A stretch of 64,000 nucleotides of DNA from Carcharhinus amblyrhynchos. Lineage: Eukaryota. Made by a program: the position numbers and the translations under genes. Shown piece after piece: positions 1 to 10,900 of the stretch. The notes below the pieces were generated by a model. That model saw nothing but the letters and a program-made list of their open reading frames with translations, made no database searches and was not told the DNA's origin. The number at the start of each line of letters is the position of its first letter. Position 1 is the first letter of the stretch. The DNA lies in assembly GCA_965287045.1 (NCBI GenBank), contig OZ336875.1, forward strand, positions 49,910,001 to 49,974,000, read 5' to 3'.

Positions 1-173
1 TCATCCGGATGCATTTAAATGGCCATTGCATCCGTTTCAGGTGCAATCCTGATCGTGGCCATTTTCAGGCCTTGATAAAGGGGTGTGAAAGTGGTGTGGA
101 TCACACTGCTCACCTCGCACCCGTCTTTACCAAGTTTCGTGCCTGAAAGTGGACGCAATGTAAAATTGGGCCC
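1..173. mobile_element. Right end of a MITE-like element of the same family as 26608-28504
   Basis: Aligns by eye with 27235-27307 plus 28396-28504; ends GTAAAATTGGGCCC. Confidence 0.7.
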
Positions 174-1836
174 AGTGTGCAGGTGGCTGAAAAGTGCCTC
201 CCCTACTGTCAGGTCGCATTTTCTCAACTTCCAAATGTTCCTGGGTGGACAATGAAAACTCTACAAAGACATGCTGGAACTCTCCATGAAGCATTGCCAT
301 TAGACGGTGAGAACCTCAAAATGGCAATGACTTGGCCATCGAGCTGCACTGACCTTCGGTTCACAGCACCTTAATGATGAGGCAGAGCAATGGCAGAGAC
401 GGACAGGAAAGGAAGCAAATCCCATGCTCCACAGCCCATTACCTCATGGAACGTCTTATCCCATCTGCCCAAAGATCTGTGGGCCAAGGGCTTAGCCTGT
501 TCAGTCACCTGAAGACCTGTGGCAGAAGCTCACGCCCCTGAGCCGATGCCAACCTCAAATCCAGAGACACCGACGGTGAACTGCAAACTTCCATTGCCGG
601 CCGTGAGGCCAACTCAATTCATGAGAGAATTGTGGCGATCAGCCAATACATTGCACGGCACCATTACATTTGGAATTCATTTCTTGTCACTCTGTGCCAT
701 ACGGTTTGTAACATATTCAAGTGTTGACTTGTCTGGGAGTCCTGATATAAATATTTCGAGCCAATTTTGTGACTAACTAGTTATTAGGGTCTCTTTTGAG
801 TTTGACTTCTCCAATGAATGTTACATGCCATCGCCATTGAAGAGATTTTTCAAGGTGGTGATTAGTTGGCATTGATCTCTGCTTCAGGAATGCACAGTGC
901 TGCCCTGTAGCAGGGTTAATGTATGTGATTCAGCACAAACTGTGTTCCTGAAATCACAAGGAGGGATTTTTAATTCCCTCTGCCTGATGCAAAGTGGAAT
1001 GAACCTGCAAGCTGTTCTTTTACCGCCGCACACCCATTTTAATGCTCGATTGTGTTGTGTACACCCCCACTCAGACAACCTAATTAATAAATATAAATCA
1101 GATTCCTATGACACAGACAACACTGCAAAGCCACTGGGTTATGTCAAAGATGTCTTGCTGAGTTAAACCTGATGTAGAGGAATTGATGACCTTAACGCTT
1201 AAGCGTCAGTTGTATTTTTGTGAGAGCAAGGGGAACAGGAATGCTCTGCCTGGTCTAAAAGGACATTTTAGGCCCCTGCTGCTTCATTTTGCAAATTCCG
1301 TTATGGTCCCTCTTCACCAATATCACTGAATGCTAGCAGGTGGACTCTGGGCAAGCTGCCTGTTATTGATCAGTCCTCATCCCCAGAAAAGCCACCTCTG
1401 GACAGCCATTGTGGGCAGGCTATTTGTTACACAGGCCAAGTTATCAAAGTGATCTGTTCATAGTATCTTTCAGAAGATTGGCCCCAAAGTCTCCATTACT
1501 GACTGACTAACCAGTCCTCTAATCCTCTCCATCCAATGACCCCCACACTCCTACATTACGCACCCCCCCAAAAAAACACACACTTGGCATCATAGGATGT
1601 TACTGATTCACCATCAAGCCTGGTTTTAAATCTGGCGTGTGACTGGTTAAATATTTTTTAATTCGATGTGTGATAATGTGATTTAAGCTGGTGTGTGGCT
1701 GGTTTGGTGAGAGTTATCTTGGTGAGTGACTGAAGTTTAACCTGGTGTCTGGTGCCTTTCTTGAGTTTTTTAAAAATCTGATGTGATTGTCAGTTACTGT
1801 GTTTTCTAGCCTCTTTGTTTGTTCTTCTTTCCATAG

Positions 1837-1919
1837 TGTGTCTCTATGATGGTCAGATTCTGGAAGATGGAGGATATTATATTTCAGCAGCTGACCCCTG
1901 TGTGGTCTGCCTCTGTACG
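1837..1919 (+). CDS. Exon: first half of VWC domain ([27 protein letters not shown])
   Basis: ttccatag acceptor, gtaggt donor, 83 nt, phase 1 to 0, DPCxxCxC motif. Confidence 0.9.
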
Positions 1920-4900
1920 GTAGGTGCTATCACAGTCAATGCAGACAGGCTTTTTTTCTTCAGCCGTCAGTGCACAATTTGAAGACAGAGTTTCAAAGTT
2001 CCACAGCAAAATTTTCTCAGAAAAATTCTAACTGTTGAATGGGTGTGAAAACAGGTTTTCTTGCCTGTTTTTCCAGCAAGGGAGGTTACGCAAGTTTACG
2101 GCACTCTGTGCAACACAGAGGTTATAATCTGATCCCTGCCAGTAGGGGGAATGGGCAGAGCCTATTCACACCTGGAAACCAGCTACAGACAGCTAGGAGC
2201 ACTATTGTGCATGTGCCCTGATCTCCCAGTATACTGTATACAAGTGTACACAGTTTACTGGGAGATCTGTCACTCCCTCCACACTCCCGTGGACATCAGC
2301 CTCGTTCTCCCCCTGTGAGTGTAAGCCTCCTGATTGTTTGCCCCAATCCCTGAGTGCTGGCACCAACCTCTGATCCCTGGTCCCTCCAACAAGCCCCCAC
2401 CTCCCCAAGGCAGAACTCCCTGCTTTGCTCCCCAGCTCTCCTGTCTGTCTCTGTCCCTGTCAGATCCCGCCCCCTTGCCACTGCTGGTACCTCGTGGTCA
2501 GTGCAAGGTGCAAGGCAGGCACTGCTAGTGTTCACTAATGATACTAAAATAAATATTTAAGTCAACCTCATGTCCACTGACAGAACAGGGCCAGCAATAC
2601 CAGGAGAGGTGACAAGCCTGATCTTTGCATTGCCTTTTGCTGATATTTCCTGCCCTGCTATGCTACTCAACCAGTGCAGTGCAGCAAAAAAATCCCGCCC
2701 CCAATCTTTTTGTGATACAGACAATAGAAGGAACTCTATCTCTCCAGGATGATAGTCCTGCAGAAAAACTGACAGGAAAAGCAGTTGTAACTGAAACAAT
2801 TAACATAGATTAAAAAAATAGCTGGTTGAATACCCAGCAGAGATTAGGATTAGTACTGACGATCAGTATTGACAATGTAGATCAAATACTCCTAAGCACT
2901 TGGTAGTTCCTACACTATTGCTTGGGGCTGAACTGTGGGATTGTGAAGATGGATAAAGCAGCTTTGCTTTTAGTTTCAGAATTAAGGATAATTTAGACAG
3001 AAGGTTTTAGCCTCCAGCGTCAGGACAGAGTTCATGATAGGTGGTCTGTGGAGCAGAAGGTTTATTGGGGCAAACGCCACTTTTCATTTCTTGGTTTCTC
3101 AGAATCTTCCACAACATGGGCACCATGTGTTGGATCACAGTGGTTTAAGGAGATGGAAAGTGCTGAATAGTGAGTCCAGGTACCCAGAGAACATTGAAGA
3201 ACTGGAAACATTAACTTTGTTTCTCTCTCCACAGATGCTGCCAGACTAGCTGGATTTTTAGAGCATTTTCTATTTTTATTTACACAAAGGTCTTGCTTCC
3301 CATCATCCCCTCCTTTAGTGAGCTGGGTGCAGTTCAATGGTTGTTTCAGATCAGCCCACTAAGTTCTGCAGCTCTGGTTTGTCTGGCGTGTCGCAGGCTG
3401 CGTACGGCTGAAGTGTGACTCCATGAAGCACGTTCGATTACGAGGCTGCCTCATTCTCCGCCTGCAGGAAAGAAACCGACCATCAGTGATGTGCATACAT
3501 GGCAAATGTTCTCCCAGGCCAGCTGCAGGCAAGAGGGAGGCCATCATCAGCAATCATAGGAGGAGTCGAATTTAATAAAACACCTGAAGCTATTCTGGCC
3601 TCAGTCCTATCACTGAAAAAAAACCTGGGAATTGGGGAGGCCCAAACTTGGAAGCAGAACCATGAAGAAAACAATTATAAAAGGAAAGAAAAAAAAAACA
3701 GCAGGTCTGCCAACATCTATCAGGGGAGAAACAGAGTTAATGTTTTGAGTTCGTAGACTCTGTCAGAATGTTCCAGAAGATTCCAGCATCCCCAGTATTT
3801 TGCTTATCATTGGCTGGTCTTTACTCTAGAATGAGCCTTTATCTTGCTTATAGTTAGAAAGTCAGAGGGTTATTGCTACTTCTGGTAATTATTCATAACA
3901 GCAATCAAACTTAATGAATGTTCAGCCTTTCATTCATCCCTAATAAATAAGGTGAGTATTGGCTCTTGAGGCTCAGACATAGTTATGTAGGTCAGCTCCC
4001 ATTCTGAGAAATCTTTGTCAAGGGAAAGTTAATTTTAAATACATCACTCTGGATCCTTGAGAAAATATGGTGAGAAATGATGTTTCATGTGGTGGGTTTG
4101 ACAGAGTGCCTGTCAGCACTTGTCAGCAAAAACCAATGCCCCACTGGATACCAAGTTTACAGACTAAGTTTCCTTTAAGTGCATTCTTTCTTTATAATTC
4201 CCATGGAGGGGAGCATGTCACAATGTCATGTGTCCCCTCTATAACTCCAAATTTAATTGGGGTTTGATCAGGCTACGTATCGGGATAACTTCCACTGCAA
4301 ATTTGGAAGATCAGAAATCCCACTTGGTGGCAGCAAGGTTGGTGGTGGGCAGGGTGGGGGAGGTGGAATGGAATGGAGGTACCCAGCGTGCAGTCTGGGA
4401 GTTCACACATCAGATGCTAAGTCATAACTTAATGCCTAACATCAGTTCAGTGCCATTGCTTTTGTGAGACGGAGATAATGTTGCATTAAGGTGATTCTCT
4501 TTCTCTCCCCAGGAAGGCAATGTGGAGTGTGATTGGAAAGGAGACAGCTGCACAGAGCCGGAGTGTGAGGAGCCTTTGCTTCATGTCCCTGGCAGCTGCT
4601 GCCCCATGTGCCCTCACTGTAAGTACCTTAAGGCTGCACAGGGACTGGCTTTGAAAATCATTAGCTTCATCTATAACTAGAATGGGAATTTTACCAGGGG
4701 GAACACAGGAGACTTAAAAAGTCAATTTACCTATGGAATAATCTATCTAACTCTTGGATTACTTCCTCATTGATTGAGATAGGATCTTACCAGAGGTATC
4801 TGAGATCCATTGGAAACATAATCCAGAGCCTCACTTCAAGGTCGTAACTGTGAGATAGTGAAATTCCTTGGCTCTGCTCCCCATCCATTAGTGATACTTC

Positions 4901-7900
4901 TCTGGAAGTGTAGCCGGAAATTTATCGAACTGCGTACGGAAAATTTGCATGTGTATCCTGGGGTATTCATCCACTGATGAAACAGGAGCAACTCTGGGGA
5001 AATTCCTAGCCTTAGTATAAGCTGCAACTCCAGCAGTAATGCCAGGAAGAACTTTCTCACCCAAACAAAAACTCAGTTACTTCATCTTAGAACACTACAG
5101 ACAAAAATGCTGGAATCATTCTAGAGATCGTTAGATTCTATGATGGTGAAATCATGATTTTGAAGAAAAGGAATATCTGGATGAGGGAATGATTCCCCTC
5201 ATCTTTAATATTATCTTTGTGGAGTTGCCGATGTTGGACTGGGGTAAGCTCAGTAAGAAGTCTCATAACATCAGATTAAAGTCTTAACAGGTTTATTTGG
5301 TATCACAAGCTTTCAGAGTGCTGCTCCTTCATCAGGTGAGTGACATCAAGTGGTCACTCATCTGATGGAGTAGCACTCTGAAAGCTTGTGATACCAAATA
5401 AACCTGTTGGACTTTAACCTGGTGTTGTGAGACTTCTTATATTTCTTTGTCTTTTGTCAGTAAAAAATGCTTAATGTTTGGACCATGGTTCTAATTCATA
5501 AAGTTCCCCTTGTTTTTTTCCAGTACCACTGATTTCACCTGCTACTGAGAGCTCAGTGCTGTACCCACCCATCACAGACAACATGATCCCTGAGAAACCA
5601 GCACCTACACGGTTCCCCCGAGGCCCACGGAGGGCAACTGTTCAACCTCTTCCCTCTGATCCCAAAGTCAGGCTGATGTTATTGTCTCCTTCAGCCTGGC
5701 CAGCATCCAGGAAGTCCATCCTGCAGAGGATTTTGCCCTGGAGTATCAGGAACAAATTCGCACAGAGTTTAACTGCATCACCTGAGAGTCAAGGGATTGT
5801 CACTACAGAACAACAGATGGCGGGACCTCCTGCAGAAACAGACACCAGCACAAACCGTATCCCCCAGGACAGCTCCCAGCTACAAACTGTGCTTCCCTCT
5901 CCACCGACAGCCACTTTGCTAGACATTGTCAGGATTAAAGGCAAGATTACCCAGGAAGATTTAAGTAAGTTCACAGGGAGACTATCAAAGGAAGATTTCC
6001 AGGTTTAGTGGCACATGACCAATGACCTGATTGAAGTCAGATAGGCAGAAAGTCAAAGGCTACTGTAAACCTGCCAATGCTGTTAGTGTCCTGTGAGGTG
6101 TGTATAAAATAAAGTTAGCAAGTGAATTAGAACATAGATTTTCAATTTATTGAACTGCAGCAAATTAGGATCATAATTGCATTCCCAATCAATTCATAAA
6201 TCTGATTTTATATTTTAACTGGTGATAAGATCAGGGAATTGGTGATTCCATTGATCTGTACTGCACTTATTCTACCCATTGGGTTGTTGCAGAGCTCATT
6301 GCGGCTAATAGTACAGCAGCCTTATTAGAACATCGCACTGCTGCAGGACGTGGCATACAAGACAGAGGGAGAACAAAATTGGAAACCAAAGTAATCGATT
6401 TTTTTTAAAAAAACACATGCAGGGAAGATGAACACTAAAATTGGCTAAGCGACACACTCTGAGAGACTCGTACTTCCTGAATAACGCTGCCCTGCAGAGA
6501 TATAGGCACTTGTTCAAATTATATTCTCTCAGAATCTCATTGGCAACTTGTCACAGTTGCTTCTCCACTGCGCAATATCGTATCCCCAGCACCCCTTGGT
6601 GTTGTGATCTCTCCAGGCAGCCTAAATCATCTGCTTCTTGGCACTATTTTCTTTTGATATCACTTCCTGTCTACCTGTTGATGCTGAATCTTACATATTT
6701 GATGCCAATACTTCTATTTTTCTGTTATCTGTTTCTTCAGGCTGCGTTGATGAAAATGGAGTTGCGTTTAGCCATGGGGAGGAGGTTCCTAGCAGCGATC
6801 CCTGTACCAGCTGCTTGTGTTTGGTAAGTTCCAAGGTTTGAAGTATATTTGCGTGGAGCGTACAAAGAGGGTGCCATAGATTTGGACCAAAGGGAATGAC
6901 ACCTTTTATACAACCCCAGTTTATCAGCTACAAATTACATTATTCTATTTTGAACTGCTTGGTGAAAGCTATATGTTCGAATGAATCTTTATTTTCTCCC
7001 TCTCCCTTCTCTCTCCGTTACCACGGATGATGGGGCAACTTCAGCAACAATATTCTACCGAGTCTTCGCCAAAACTGCCTTAAGCAATCATGCTGAAGTA
7101 TTTTGAACTCCAATCACTAAGTGCTGAACTATCACTCTAAAAACAGATCGAGTGATCACTATTCTCATTTGCTGTTAGTGGGCTGCCATCAACGTTCCCC
7201 CAGCCGTTCAGGAAAGTGCCATGTAAGGGCGAATAGGCTGTGAACAAGCTGCTATCCCTTTCAGGGGTGCTCTTGTGTAGCTACACCTTCAAGGGAATCA
7301 ACAACAAACAGGCTATATACAATGAAGGGAAATTAGAGACAACATTGGCTGCCATGTTTGCCCAAATAACAATCATGAGGTGACGATGTCGGCATTGGAC
7401 ATAGGGCCGGCACAGTAAGAAGTCCCACAACACCAGGTTAAAATCCAAAAGATTTATTTGGAATGCGAGCTTTCGGAGTGCTGCTCCTTCTTCAGGTGAG
7501 TACAAATAGCAATCGTGAGTAGACTTAAAATTAGCTCATTGTTTTTGAAATATTTTGCGATGTCCTGAGGCTGTGATAGAATCCCTACAGTACAGAAGGA
7601 GACCATTTGGCCCATTGAATCTGTACCGACCACAGTATGTGATGAGGCACTTTATATGTATAAGCTCATTTTCGCTGATTTTTCCTCCTCTTGCTTGAAG
7701 TCTGTGCCTGTCGCCACAACAGAAAATAGAATAAGACCAAGATATTGCAGTGGAGATATGAGAGGAATATGTGGCCATTCCTGACCCTAGCAGAATGAAG
7801 CTGCTAACAGGCAGTAACCATATCACCTCCGAAACGGTATTTGCAAAGGGAAACAAGAACGGATATAGCCAAAAGAGATGGGATAAAGGAAATTCTTTAA

Positions 7901-10900
7901 AGGATTTAAACAGCGATTATAGAAGTCATCTACAAAACCCTGCCCTTAGAGACAGAAAGAATGTTGACCATCTGTCATCACAGGCTCTAATCTAATGATC
8001 TGCTTTTTAAAATTCTTGTACAGGACACAGAGATACACTGCAGTTTCATCAGCTGCTCTACCCAGGGGGAATGTATCAATCCAGTGAAAGTGGAGGGTCA
8101 GTGCTGCCCCCTCTGTCAAGGTAAAAGGCATTAAGCAAAATCATTTTGGAGAGGGACGTTGTGATAGGGAGTGATATCCATATCTGCGCATAATGGGGTG
8201 AGAGCTTAAGATATGTGGTCCATGCTTTGGCAGCCATGAGAACGTGTGACTGTGACAGGAGAGTGAGGCACCTTCTTGCAGACAAGCGGTGATTCAGTGA
8301 ATGTAAAATAAATATATTGTCTAAGGCAACTGTGTGCATTGTGGACAAATAGGCCATCTTTTCATATCCATGAGCTAGATTGAATTCTAGATTCATACAA
8401 TGTGTCCATGTCTGAGTGGCGAGGCCACATGTGTAATGACCAATGGTCCCAATGATGGTACCTGTGTTTCTGTTGGAAACACCCAAAAGGTTGTCAAGAT
8501 ACTTTCCTGGAGAGAGTTAGTATGGCTTCATGTGTACACTGGTCAAGAGGAAATAGAAGGATTGATTGAAAATTCCGAGTTTAAATTCATTATTAATGCC
8601 AAAGTACCTAACATGTCACAAAGCAAGTGACAGTAAAGCAGGCAAATGGTATGCTGGCCTCCATAGTGAGAGGATTTGAATATAGGGATAAGGATGTTTT
8701 GCTGCAATTGCATAGGGCATTAGTGAGGCCACACCTGGAGTATTGTGTGCAACTTTGGTGTCCTTATCTGAGGAAGGATGCCCTTGCTATAGAGGGAGTA
8801 CAGCAAAAGTTTACCAGGCTGATTCCTGGGATGGCAGGTCTGTCATATGAGGAGAAACTAAGTCAGTTAGGATTATATTCACTGGAGTTCAGAAGAGTGA
8901 GAGGGGATCTCATAGAAACTTATAAAATTCTAACAGAATTAAACAGGGTAGATTCAGAAAGCATGTTCCCAACGGTGGGGGAGTCCAAAATTGGGGGATC
9001 ATAGTTTGAGGATAAAGGATAAACCTTTTAGAACTGAGATGAGGAGAAACTTCTTCACCCAAAGTGTGGTGAATGTGTGGAATTCACTACCACAGAAAGT
9101 AGTTGAGGCCAAAACATTGTCTGATTTCAAGAAGAAATTAGATATAGCCCTTGGAGCTAAAGCTTCAAGGGATATGGGAGGAAAGGAGAAAACAGGATAT
9201 TGAATCCAAGGATTAGCTATGATCAAAACGAATGGCGGAGCAGGCTCAAAAGGGCAATTGGCCTACTCCTGCTTCTAGTTTCTATGTTTTTATATTTCTA
9301 TGACATTTATCCCTTGAACAGAACCAAATCACTATACAAAAAAACCCACTTCACTTGACCAGTTTCATGGGATTAACATGGACACTAAACATGATTCCAC
9401 CACTGCACCTCAAACTGGTTCAGGAGGAAGATGAGATTGTTCTTTCAGTAATATTTTAAGGAGTTATTAAATGCTTGCATCCCATTTGTTCTTCATAGGC
9501 TGCATATTTAATGGCGTGAATTACACCAATGGATCTCAGTTCATTCCATACGATAGTCCCTGTCTGCGGTGCCACTGCTTAGTAAGTAGACTTGGTAAGC
9601 TCCCAGCTGATGGGGAACAGATTTTGGAAAGCATTAACGTGCAAACAAAAACATCTCACTAATTCAATAGAACCATTTTCAATGTCTTCATTCACGACAC
9701 CAACTGTAAGCAGCTTTCTCCTTCAAGTGATGACCTTTACCCTGCCCATGGACATAAGATGTATGGCTAAGGTGCTCTATGTTCTGCTCCATTCAGGTTC
9801 TGTGCAATGGGAACAAGTCAGTTTCTAAAGGATCAATGTGAGTGAGAATGGGGATTTTGGGCATGTTCTGATGAAAGGCCATTGATTTGAACTCTGTTTC
9901 TCTCTGTAGATGCTGACCTGCTGAGTATTTCCAGCATTTTTGTGCTTTTATTTCAGATTTCCAGCATTTTTTTGATATTTATTAAGAGCTTCAGAGCATT
10001 CCAGTCAGGAGGGTGACCAGTACAGTGAGTGAGTGTTTGTAATATAATCCAATCATCTGAGAATTAGGGATCAGAAGAGAAATAGCTGGAAATCTAAAGA
10101 AGCAGAAAATGCTGGAGGCACTCGGTCCACATCACCGAGACCTCAGGGTCAGTGGCCACCAGTGATTAGAGATACAGTACTGGCAGCTAGGGGGGTTTGT
10201 GATGTTATACTCCCATCTAATGGTAAGAAGTAGGCACTGCATCAATGCTGTTCATCCCTTTAGCCTGGGATCATTTTGCAGGTTGTAAACTGGAGGAGAT
10301 TGAGTTTGAGGAAGGTGTTTCTGACGGGTTTTTTGAATTGTAAATGAAATAACTTTCATTCAAAAACCAGAGAGGACAATTTTGTTCCAACTCTTGTTTT
10401 GTCTTCTATTTGCAGGAAGGTTCAGTTACGTGCAGGTCACAGAAGGAGGAATGCCCACTCCTGCAGTGCAGTTTATTGCAGCAGGAAACCCCAGAGGGCC
10501 AGTGCTGCCCAGTGTGTGTTGATTCACTGTGCGTGCACCAGGATCAAATACATGAGGTGAAGCTCTCTGACCTTTCCCAAGAGATGTGAGAAACTAATTT
10601 TCCCATCACGTCGCATACCGTTTCCCATTCATTGTAACAGATAACTACAATTTGCCTCTACTATGGTAACAGACTGACTGAAAATGTTGGGAGTGAGCCT
10701 ACACTGGGTGACAGAATGGAGCAATACCTGTCTCTCTGGTGTTAATTTCCACCTGTCATATGAACATAGCAGGAGGCCATTCCGCAGCTTCAGTCTGCTC
10801 TGATCACATTCAGTTAAATAATGGCTGATCTGTCATCATAAAGACAGTGATGGACCCTGCAAAGTGATAATCATTATTCTGGGTTCTTCCCGTGGTGGGA

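Noticed and set aside
888-960. QCCPV / ECTVLPC peptides as a possible upstream VWC exon
   Set aside because: The CCPxC motif is incomplete and no suitable donor or phase was found; the preceding exon is probably upstream of the window.
8400-8490. [11 protein letters not shown] peptide resembling a VWC fragment
   Set aside because: No complete VWC cysteine pattern or convincing splice sites, and exons 8024-8120 and 9499-9581 already join in phase.
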